Part shown: in pieces, positions 1-13,749 of the stretch
How positions within the stretch are numbered: the stretch's first letter is position 1
Layout: each line of letters opens with the position of its first letter
Source of the DNA: the human T2T-CHM13v2.0 reference genome, Homo sapiens
Assembly: GCF_009914755.1 (NCBI RefSeq)
Contig: NC_060947.1
DNA: 64,000 nt
Direction: 5' to 3' (one strand)
Position numbers and translations under genes: made by a program
Notes under the pieces: generated by a model
What the model was told of the DNA's origin: nothing
The model's input: the letters and a program-made list of their open reading frames with translations, nothing else
Databases searched by the model: none

Positions 1-105
1 CGGAGGTTGCAGTGAACCAAGATGACACCACTGCACTCCAGCCTGGGCAACAGAGTGAGAATCTGCCTCAAAAACAAAACAAAACCAAACAAAAAAAAAA
101 AAACA
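1..105 (+). mobile_element. Alu 3' end (cut by window start) with A-rich tail
   Basis: GGAGGTTGCAGTGA...CCACTGCACTCCAGCCTGGGCAACAGAGTGAGA followed by an (A/AAAAC)n tail. Confidence 0.92.
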
Positions 106-119
106 AAACAGAAATTAAT

Positions 120-390
120 TAAATACAATACAAAATAATAATGCAACAGAGTGGACCAGCAAAAGTCATTCCTTCTAAATGAAATGGAGAAATCTCTACC
201 AAGACCGATGAAGACAATAAGAAAATGTCTAATTAATATCAGAAATGAAAAATGTGGTATCACTACTTATGCTACAGACATTGAAGAGATGAGTATATTA
301 TAAATGAGTATATTGGAAAATTTAGATAAAGTTTAAAAATTCCTAGAAAATATTATATAACAAAATGGACTCAAGAAAAATTAGGAAATT
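120..390 (+). mobile_element. Old L1 (L1M-type) ORF2 fragment
   Basis: A-rich sequence resembling L1 ORF2 (AATATCAGAAATGAAAA...ATCACTAC...ACAGACATT; AATTTAGATAAA...ATTCCTAGAAAA). Confidence 0.6.
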
Positions 391-699
391 TTACTTCTAT
401 TCACTGTCACAGACCACATCTGTATAATTGGAAGAAAATTACTGAAAGTTGCCAGACTTTTGTCGAGACTCCTTTCCTCAGTATTAATTATGAAAGTGAA
501 GGTGGGTTTAGAGGTATCATAAACTTTTTTCTCCTGGTTCTTTTTTGTTTAAAGTTTACAGCATAAGGTGTTTTCCTTTCCTTGTCTGGCTGCTGTTGAT
601 AAATTTGGGCAGCTAAAAAAAGTACTTTTTTCTTAATTTAATTAGAAATCTTAACACAGAATACAACAAAATGAAACAATTACATGATAAACCCCAATC

Positions 700-829
700 T
701 TTTTTTTAAAGTTCAGCTTTTTATTGAACACATTATAAAAGAGGTTTAGTCAAAAAGACCAAAGCCCATGTCATCATCAGACTCCTCAGATTCTTCTTTC
801 TTTGCTTCCAGTTTCTTCTCCTCAGCTGG
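700..829 (-). pseudogene. RPLP1: 5'-truncated processed pseudogene fragment of 60S acidic ribosomal protein P1
   Basis: Minus strand 829-746 reads PAEEKKLEAKKEESEESDDDMGFGLFD*, then a short 3' UTR with AATAAA and a poly(A) remnant (plus-strand T run 700-707); possible degenerate target-site duplication (TSD) CAATCTTT/CAGTCCTTT. Confidence 0.88.
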
Positions 830-1036
830 CAGTCCTTTGGTAAAAGCCAGGTACATATTCTATGGTAGTGCAGCCACATATATTGCTTTCTAATAGTCTA
901 ATTAATATATGATTAAAGAAGAGAAAAATCTGGAATAGTGTGCATGGTGTGTGGTCAGAATACAGCTGATACAAACTCTGAGTTCACAGATCAACTGTAT
1001 CTGGATCATCTGGTGAGCATTTTGAGGTCCTACTCT

Positions 1037-1346
<310 letters not shown>

Positions 1347-4300
1347 TAAAGAGTCTAATTCAGTAGATCTGGGACCACACCTTGAAATCTGCATTCTATA
1401 AGCCTATTGGGTGATTGTCATGGGCAGTTGGCTTGGGAACCAAGCCAAGAGAGAGAACCATCTTGTTTTCCCTCTCTTAGGCATCAATTGTCTTAACTGT
1501 GCTATCATATTTAAGATGGCCCTGTTTAGTAAGTTCCAAGAATACAGAAATTCTGTATTTGTAGTCAGATTGAAATATAATCTTGTAAGACTTTTCTGGA
1601 GAAAAATTTAGTAATATATAATAAGATTGTAGATGCATGCATGGGGAAATTCCACTTCTAAGTATATACTTACAGATGTATACTACCAGTCATGTACAAT
1701 GTTGTTAATTGCAACTGTTGCTAATGATGATAATACTGGAAATAACATAACTGCACATTCAAAGAGTGAACAGCAGTTAAAATGAATGAACTAACCTACA
1801 GTTATCAACATAGGAAGATATGGAAAATATCATGTAAAGTGAACAATGCAAATTTGAAAAAGTTGATATTGTTTACCACAGAGGTAATACTACATAATGT
1901 TTATAGATAAATACATATCTATAAAAACATACACAGCAAGGTATATGGCTTGGGTTAGTTTTGAGGATGGAAGGCACAAGGGAGGGAAGGAGAAAATATG
2001 ATACAGGAGGACTTTAGTTGTATCACTAACATCAAATTTCTTTAAGTAAAAAGTTCTAAAGCAAGTATGACAAAGTGTTCACAACACTGTTAAGTCCACC
2101 ACTTCCTAGCTGTGTGATCTTGGGCAAATTACTTATGCTTAACCTTTATGAGCCCCAGTGCCTCTGTCTGTAAAATGGGTTGATAATTGTACCTTTAATA
2201 CATGGAGTTGTTTTGAGGATTAAATGAAGTAAAGGCATTTTTTGTGTAATAACCCCATAGTAAACACTCCCTAAATCATGGCTGTTATCATGAGCAAGAA
2301 AGTGTCAAAAGCATACATTCAGATGTGGGTCAGTAAAGGCAGATGGGAAAAGGTACATTCCCAAGAGAGATGACATATGGCACTTTAGAGTAGAAGCACC
2401 TCTGGTGAGGGTACAGGGCTCTGAGTGTGCCCTTGGGCAGAGAGCAGGGCTGATTTTTTTTTTTATTTTTCTCCTCTATTGGGTGCAGTGTCTGTCTCCT
2501 CTAAGTTGTATGTGTGTGTGTCAGGGGCGGGGATTATATTTATTATGGGAGTGAGTGATGAGTGCCTTTACCTGGCACAAGGCACTGTGTGATCTGGATT
2601 CTTCTAAACTCAAATCCCAAATTTCTAAAGAATGGGGTGGCACCTTCAGAGAGTGGTCTGCTTTCTAGACACTGCCTTGTGGAAAGCAAGATAATAATGG
2701 AGTGCGGATTCCAGGCACTGGACAAATTGGTGACAAAGTCACCATCCTCTCTTCTTAGCCATGAGTGAAGTCTGAAAGGAAAATTGATTTCTTCTATCAA
2801 TGGCTTTTGGGCCTGTCCTCCTTAGATTAGGAAATTTTGATAAAATCCTACTGGATCTCACTGTCTAATAGCAATCTGTACCTCATTGCTCAAGGCTCAA
2901 GACAGTGGTGGAAAAATGACAATGGTAGCTCAAGTGGCATTTCAAAAAGAGATTGTGGGGTGGTGTGGGGTTGGGCTTGTCAGTACTATCCTCACCAGTG
3001 CAAAATAGATGCTGACTTCACCTCTTCTGGTTTATTCAATTGTCAGATATAGCCTACTGGACCTTCAGGTATCTAGTGCTTTCAGAAGTCACCCTCTTGC
3101 CATTAGATCAAAACCAGAGTAGCAGTCATTTTATACTCCTAGTATCGATGTATTTATATTAATTTTTGTAAGTGGCGCTATTGATAGGCTATTTCTAATA
3201 ATTGCCAAGCCAAAGGGGCCTGTCAGTTTCCTCCAATTCAGGTCCAGCGATTTTTCTTAAAGGTTGTTTCCCCCAGCCTTTCTGTACCAGTCAGTCTATG
3301 CTCATCCTGGGGTAACTAACTGCTCATAGATCTGCAACCTACTTGGTTCTTCCCTTTATATTTCAGCCTCCTACCTTCTGCCCCAACCTTAAGACTCTCA
3401 GATCCTTGGGGATTCAGCATACATTCTCCTTTGTTTCATACCCCTTCACTTGGCTGATGAATCATCTGCCCCTGCCCTTCCCTCCAAGAGTGGTGATCTA
3501 AGTCTGACTTGCCAGCCAGTTAGTTGGCTAGAGCTTAAATGTCCCAGAGTTCCTGCTTCCTTGAGTCCTCCAGGCCACATTGGCATGTAAGCAGACATAA
3601 GAGATTGTGTGTATGGGTGTGTTTGTGGTGGGGGTGGAGGTGGGAGGTGTAAATTTGTGAATGGTTTCCGTGAGAATATTCAATAGGGATGTTACTTACA
3701 GATACTAAAGGGCTAACAAGAAGAAAGAAAATACAAAAACCGTTTGTCTATGGAAAACAAATTTATGTCTGCTTACTCTTTATGGCTAATTTTACCACAT
3801 ACACAATAATAACCATGAGTGTTGTCAAGATGGGTCTGATGAAATTGATTGTAAAGTATATTCACTTACAATGTGCCATTGTGCTCAGCTGTGCTCACAC
3901 TTGCGTTGATTATTGACTATGGGCTTCTGCCCATGTATTCTGCTCACATGGAAAAAAAAAATTAAGGGGATGTGACTCTAGTCTTTTTGAGATTAACTGC
4001 CTAGCTGCCTCCTTTCTTTTCTTTTGGCATCTGTTGGGTAGCTGTATTGAATGGGTCACTGTGGGTACAAAGTACAAGAAAAGAAAGTATATGTAATAAA
4101 AGGTGTAAATTTTCCTAAAGCGGCATGAAAATTGTTCCTCAGTACTCAGCATATATAGCTTATATTTACTCCATATGCCTTTTCTCTATTCTGTTTACCA
4201 CCTTTGATTCCTAGGAGATTAAATCTGCACAAACGTAGATACATACTAATACTATGAACTTTAAAATGTTATTTTCCTTCCTTTATCATCAATGATTATC

Positions 4301-5257
4301 ATTTAGAGTTGTTATGAAGGCTTTGTGACAGAGGTTATACTAAAATTGAAAGTATAAGAACTTACTGAAAATCATGTAAAAATTAGCTATGTTTTTAATG
4401 TGGTTTCTCAGATTGATTAATTTATGCAATTGAATTGTTCTACCTCTTGTAAACATACATTCACACTTTGCAAACTTGCACACCTGCAAAGTAAAGTGTG
4501 GTGGTATTTGTGATATTATCATTGTTTTATCAAGAATGATAACTCAGCCAGGTTACCCTTTAAATCTCATTTTATAGGCCATTATATATCACCTTCCTGT
4601 CTCAATATAGTGGAAATTGATTCCATAAAGGGCTGAAAGGCCAAAGGACTTTAAAGTTAATAATTTAAAAACACATTGGCATTTATGAAGTGTTGTTACA
4701 TTAATTTGGAAATAGTTTGAAATTGTTATGAAGTTTAACAGTATATGAAAGCACTTCCCCAAAAGATAGATACATCAGTTTGGATACAGTGAATGCTTTT
4801 CTTTAGGGAAGTATGTGTCTTTAAAAAATTATTTTTCTCTGAATTGAAAATATGACAAGAATATTCTCTTACAGCTTTCAGTCTGACTTTTAACCAAGAT
4901 TATAGAACTCATGAAGTAGTCTCTGTTTTCCCCTTTTTCTTTCCTTTTTCACTATCTTCCATTACTTTGTTCCCTCTTCTTGGCATTTATAAGCAATACA
5001 TGTAATAGGAACCATATCAGGTGCTAGAAATCCAGAGATGAAAGGCCACAATCTCGGTTCTCAAGGGACTAAGTCTAGTTGAAGAGAAAGAAGAATAAAA
5101 AAACTAATTACACAGTATTGGTGGTGTAGTGGTCAGGAAAAACTTCTTGGAAGAGGTGGTGATTGAGCTGGAAGGATGAGTGATAGGTGACAAGGAGATA
5201 AAATTAATCTTACTTGGGATATTAATAGTTTTGGGATATGATAGCTCTCTTTATAAA

Positions 5258-6050
5258 AAAAATGGCGAAGTAGAGAAATTGAGGTCCTATCCCTTCATAA
5301 AAGCATCTAATGGAGCTGGAAAATACTGTCAGAATTAACTTTTGCGGAACTCTGGAATCTAGTCAAAGCGTATAACAACCAGGGGAAAGCCAAATGAAGA
5401 AAGAAGCTGCTGCCTTGCAGTAAGGGAGTTCTCTGGTGTTTCAAATTGCCTGTCTCCCTTTCCCCACACACTAGATTGGAGGCAGCCATGAAGACAGTAG
5501 CCTGTACTCCTGGTACAGGATGCCATGTGCCAGATGGAGCAATACAGACCTTATTCTCAAATAATTGTGGTTGTGTGTTTTAATCTGTCTGATAGCTCCC
5601 TGAAGGACAGATGTAAGGGCTTACTTCTGTTTTGCCCATCTGACTCAGAATTTGCAGGGATGGGGCAGCTTTCCAGGTGGCATTTACCAAAAGCATTTAA
5701 AGGCAAAAGTATTGGCTGTAGCAGCCTGGGACAAGGGATAGCAGTCAACACAAGCAATAGATAGACCAAAAATCCTGGGAAGAAAGAGGGTGGGAAAAAG
5801 AGATATGTGGGAGAATGAGGGCTTTTAAAACCCATAATGTAAACCAGGGAATTGAGAAAGCCTTGTACATGCCCAAGACTGGACATGCTCAGAAAAGGCC
5901 TGAGAAGACCCTATACTTCTACTTGTTGCTGACTTTCAGGTTTGCCACAAGCAGGAAGTAAAGGCAAAGGAAGTAAAGGCAAACGCAGCATTATAAATGA
6001 TCTGGGTAAGCATTAAAGGAGTTTCCCAAAACAGAGTCAATATATGGTGC
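5258..6050 (+). mobile_element. Probable old L1M 5'-UTR fragment
   Basis: Begins AAAATGGCG (L1 5' YY1-type motif) and continues as GC-richer 5'-UTR-like sequence; contains a 15-bp tandem duplication GGAAGTAAAGGCAAA (5954-5983). Confidence 0.5.
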
Positions 6051-6076
6051 TGTTCCTGGGTTCCTGGGTGCTTGAA

Positions 6077-6295
6077 CCCGTCTCCTGGGTTCAAGCAATT
6101 CTCCTGCCTCAGCCTCCTGAGTAGCTGGGATTACAGGCACTCGCTGCCACGTCCAGCTAATTTTGGTATTTTTTTTTTTAGTAGAGACGGGTTTCACCAT
6201 GTTGGCCAGGATGGTCTCAATCTCCTGACCTTGTGATCTGCCCACCTCAGCCTCCCAAAGTGCTGGGATTACATGCATGAGCCAATGCACCCGGC
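6077..6295 (-). mobile_element. Alu lacking its 3' end and poly(A) tail
   Basis: CTCCTGGGTTCAAGCAATTCTCCTGCCTCAGCC...TGCACCCGGCC; tail and distal right arm absent. Confidence 0.9.
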
Positions 6296-6327
6296 CTTCT
6301 TTCTCTTTTCTTAAAAAAATATTTTTG

Positions 6328-6630
6328 GGGCCAGGAGTGGTGGCTCAAGCCTGTAATCCCAGCACTTTGGGAGGCTGAGGCGGATGGATCACCTGAGGTC
6401 AGGAGTTCGAGACCAGCCTGGTCAACATGGTGAAACCCCATCTCTACTAAAAATACAGAAATTAGCCGGGCATGGTGGTGGGTGCCTGTAATCCCAGCTA
6501 ATCGGGAGGCTGAGGCAGAAGAACTGCTTGAATCCAGGAAGCAGAGGTTGAGGTGAGCCGAGATCCCTAACACTGCACTCCAGCCTGGGCAACAAGAGTG
6601 AAACTCCGTCAAAAAAAAAAAAAAAAAAAA
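6328..6630 (+). mobile_element. Full-length Alu (AluS-type)
   Basis: GGCCAGGAGTGGTGGCTCA...GAAACTCCGTC followed by a ~20-nt A tail. Confidence 0.95.
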
Positions 6631-7129
6631 AGTAAGTTACAAGCCAAAAATACGTTAATCTTGTCTTGTGTATTTACCTACATTGTTATCTTTACCGTGT
6701 GGTTTTTGTTTGAATTCTAGTTACTGTCTAGTGCAGCCCAGAGGACTCCCTTTAGCATTTCTCCTAGGGAAGATCCAGATCATGGACGAGCATTTAGCCA
6801 AAAGGAAAAAGAGATACCCTCTGAGATCTGGGTTGACCAGATAAAGATGGAAATGAATTTACAGGACCTTCATGGCTCAATTACTTGCTTTTCTTGATGA
6901 CAGGGACTCTAAGTTCACCTGTTCAGGAGCTAAGGGAAGGGTGCACATAGCATGACTAACTCTATGGAATGTTTGAAGTAGTAATTGAGAGTACAAGAGA
7001 TGGAGGTGAGACAAGAACAGCACCCATATATACACCTATCCAACTCCATCACCTGGCTAGGGATTCATTCCATGATACTGGATATTGTCCTTCCTAAGCT
7101 ATTGGAAACAAAGGTTCTGTTGGGTCACT

Positions 7130-9633
<2,504 letters not shown>

Positions 9634-11414
9634 TTTCAGGAAGGTAAGTAAGAATGGACACACTTCAAAGAGAAAGCAATTTCCTAAGACCCTCTTCTGA
9701 TTAAAGTATAACTTATTTACTTCACAGAAAAATTGAACCCCAAATTATGGAGAAAATTAAATAAAATAATTTATTATCCCATTACCCAAATTAGCCATTT
9801 TAAAAGTTGTTTTGGATACACATACATACAAATATATATGCATTTATATTCTCATGTTATTCATTTACTTGAACAGAGATGGACTACTTTTGATTTCTCC
9901 TGATTGCATTTAAATTTTGCAGGTGGTGGATTCTGGATGGCCGATGCTGATTGGTTAATACCCTGGAGAAGCTGAAGTCATGAAGCCTTTTCTTTTCCTT
10001 TTTGTTTCACTCCTTTTCCTGAAAAAGCCATGTATGTGGCTGGGAGCAGTTGTGTGATTTTAGAGTTAGAAGATATGTTGAATTTTAGGAACAGTACTTT
10101 TCCTTGAAAATGCTGTTATTCCTTTGGAAACAAATTTTAGAATCACCACACTTCCTTGAAAATGCTATTATTCCTTTTGAAACTACTGCAATCTTCATGT
10201 TTTCTTCATTTTGCTTTGTTGGTTTTATAGGTGAGGTTCTGTTTTTGTATCTCAGCCCCACCAAACTTGCTTGTTGCTGAAGAAGCTGAACCTGTTCCAT
10301 TAGAAGATCTTCCAAAGCCAAAAGAAAGTGAGACTGACTGCAGACTTACTGGCTGCAGCAGAGAGGAGTAAGAGGAAGTCAGAGAAGAAGAGATGATTTG
10401 ACACTCATTGGGGGAAAAGGAAGAGCAGAATTGTTTTGTTAGAATTGAATTTTTCCACTGGGACAAGGAATTAACTTGGAAGAGTTTGGGGGGTTGTGTT
10501 CAATTCTGTAGATGGTAGCAACTTTGATGAATTTCGTTTAGTTTGTTAAATAGTTATTGTCTAATATGTGTTAGGAGCTAGACTTATAGGTTATTATTTG
10601 GTGCACACATCATAATCCTTGTTGCTGAGTTGGTTAGAAGATAGGAGAGAGCATAATTTGGGATACAAATTAGATCAGGGGTATCTTCTTTGCCTTGCAT
10701 GTAGTGTTGCCTTAGGTAAAACCAATTTAAATAACATCTAGATCCATTTTTGCAGTTTTGTGGGCAATGTGAAAGAGACTTGCATGAAAGGTCTTGAGTA
10801 ACCAAACTGCTAGTCTCATTGGTTTGCAGGTGAGACAAATAAGCAGTGGCAAAGTTCAGGAAAGTGGTCTTACAGAAGTGCAGGCAGGGCTTTTCTGATT
10901 GTCTGCTGATTTCCTCCTTTGAGAGGGACAGATATTTTCCTGGCTGCCAGTAAGCCTGCCTGAAAGACCACTGGGGTGTCTTGAAGAAAGACAGTGCTCT
11001 GAGGAGTATTCACTACACACTCCAGCCCTCAGCCTCGGGCTGCCCCCATTCCAAGTCCCTTTCTAGTCAATAGGTGGATGAAGAACAAAATGGATTTCAA
11101 GGACAGACAGACAGACATAAGGGCTGTGGGCTATGGATGGTGTTTCTCTTGAGAGGACTAATTGGGTTAAAAATAAAACTGGACAGGGGCGAGCACTCTT
11201 GGGAATGCCCCTGGACCCTTCCTCTTTGGCGTGTTCTCTGCAGGCTCCCCCAAGGCAGCTGCTGCAAGGCAAGGAGGGATCCAGGGTAGAGCTCAGGGAT
11301 GGTGGGTTAGATCTGCCTCCAGTCCAAGCTAAAGATGTCTTCAAGTTTCCCTGTAAGATCCCGCCCAGCTCACCAAAATCAACCTTTGTCAGGGGTTTTC
11401 TGATCCTAACTAGT

Positions 11415-11420
11415 AATAAA
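11415..11420 (+). terminator. Probable TEX13D polyadenylation signal
   Basis: AATAAA followed by a GT-rich downstream element (TGTGTCTTCTGTGTAGTGTGT). Confidence 0.55.
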
Positions 11421-13071
11421 GAGTGTGCACTGGACTGCTGTGTCTTCTGTGTAGTGTGTATCTCAGGGCAAATTTTCTCAGAGGTGGAAGCTTAAATCTT
11501 CATCTTTCCTTCATCCCACTGAAGTTCAATCTCATTTACTACCGGAGGGGCCTTCCTCTTATGAGGAATTACCCAAGAATTGGGGGCACTTCTGTAGGAC
11601 CTTCAATCCATCATGATTGTCCTTTCTATCCTCACAGTCCAAGTCCACATGGTCCCGTGAAGGTTAGCATATCTTCTGCTCCAGGGTGGTGGGGCAGGAG
11701 GGGTGAGTTGGGGAGGGTGCTTCTACCTAGGCTTGGAGCTCTGATGCCTGGAAGCCAGCCTTCTGTGTACCAAGAAGCCATTTCCCTGAGATCCTGTCTC
11801 CCTGAGGTCCCCTAATGTCCCATGAACAGAAACTTTCCTCCTGCATTTCTGCCTTCCAAGTCACTGTCCCCTCTCCCCTATGCATAATCCTATCAAGTTG
11901 TTTAGGATTCTGGAAAACAGCCAGGCTGTAGCCTGTCTGCTCACAAGACAAATGTTCCCTGAGGTGAAGGGGAGTGGAGGCTGGCTACCTGCTTGGTATG
12001 GGCACAGGAATGGGGACAGAGAACAAAAGTGACCTTGCCCCGCCAGCATTCTCACTTCCCTCAGAGTCATGATTACTGGGAGGTCCTTGGTTACTTTGGA
12101 GGGGAGCACTTCAGAGGAAGGGATCCATTAGGGATGTCAGACCCAAAGCTAGGTTTTCTGGATTGGGGGCTGGTTTTATGATACTCATGTGGGCTGATAG
12201 CTCCTTGGAATTTTGGGAAGATGGGATACAGATGAGACTTGGACATGTTTCAGCATAATCCATTTTCGTATACCAGCAGGTCATTCTAGATTTCACTATA
12301 GTTGTTTCTTTTATGGCTTCAAAATGGACTCTGTTGTTAATTGGCATGCTTTTAGGCCTTTATAAAAACAGACTCACCCTGTGTATAGCTTTTATATATT
12401 TTAATATGATTACACAGTCTTTCAGGGGCAACCTTTTTCAAAACAATATGAATCATTGAGGCTGTCAGATCACTACTCTCTTCCAGGCTGCATACATGCA
12501 AGAAAAGGCAGCAGGTTTCTGTGGCATAAACCTGGGCTTTGGAGACAGAGAAAACGAGTTCAACTACTTGATCTATTATTCAGTAGCTGTGTGACCCCAA
12601 AGAATTTACTGAATGTCTCTGAGCCCCACAAGTATTAGTTCCCTTTCTCTATCTTCAGGGTTCTGCTCTGGATCCTGTGGTCATGAGTGTATGAGATTAT
12701 TAATCATAGTAAGAGCTACCATTAGAGTGCTTACTATGTGTTAGGTACTCTAAGGACATTGTCCCTTTTGATGACTGTAAGGTATTATAGGTACCCATAT
12801 TAATAGTTTTCAAAGTGGGTACTATTGCCCCCAATTTACAGGTGTGGTAATACCCAAATTTGGGACTTAGTGAAGCCTGGCTTCAAAATGAAATTTTACT
12901 AGTTCCAATGTCTGTACTCTCCATCATATCACACCACCTAAGGTTTTACCCTTACTGAGGGATACATGTGCATTTTAACAGGGATCATAATACCTAAACC
13001 CAAAGAAATGACTGTGATGGAGGGAATTTGAGGTATAGTGGCAGTCTGGTGGTTGTGGAGCTGCTCTTTTA

Positions 13072-13383
<312 letters not shown>

Positions 13384-13749
13384 TTCCAAATTTTGGGATA
13401 TGTGATCGATAACCCAGGCTGCCACTGAGTAGGGCCATTTATTGTCTTAGTCACCAAGACTGCAAAATAAGGGCAATGATTTAGGCAGTGGGCATGACTT
13501 GTGCTGATTCAGCAGACTGGACTTACGAAAAGTTTATATCTGAGTTTAGTATTAAGATAGGACACATCTTGACTGCTTACCTAAAGTCTGTCTGAATTAT
13601 TCAGTTTTTGTTTTAAGTGAATAAGGTGGCAGCTGTATAAGTCCAATATACAGTATATATATATATATATTTTTTTTTTTTTCCAGTGAGGAAGGAGGGG
13701 AAAATTAGATTTTGAAAACTTCAGGCTCATGTTGCCAAACGGGGATGTT

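Noticed and set aside
5991-6612. Alu-derived ORFs here and at 902, 30781, 34306, 37905, 38888, 57368 and 61141
   Set aside because: Typical Alu translations ([13 protein letters not shown]..., [13 protein letters not shown]); not genes.
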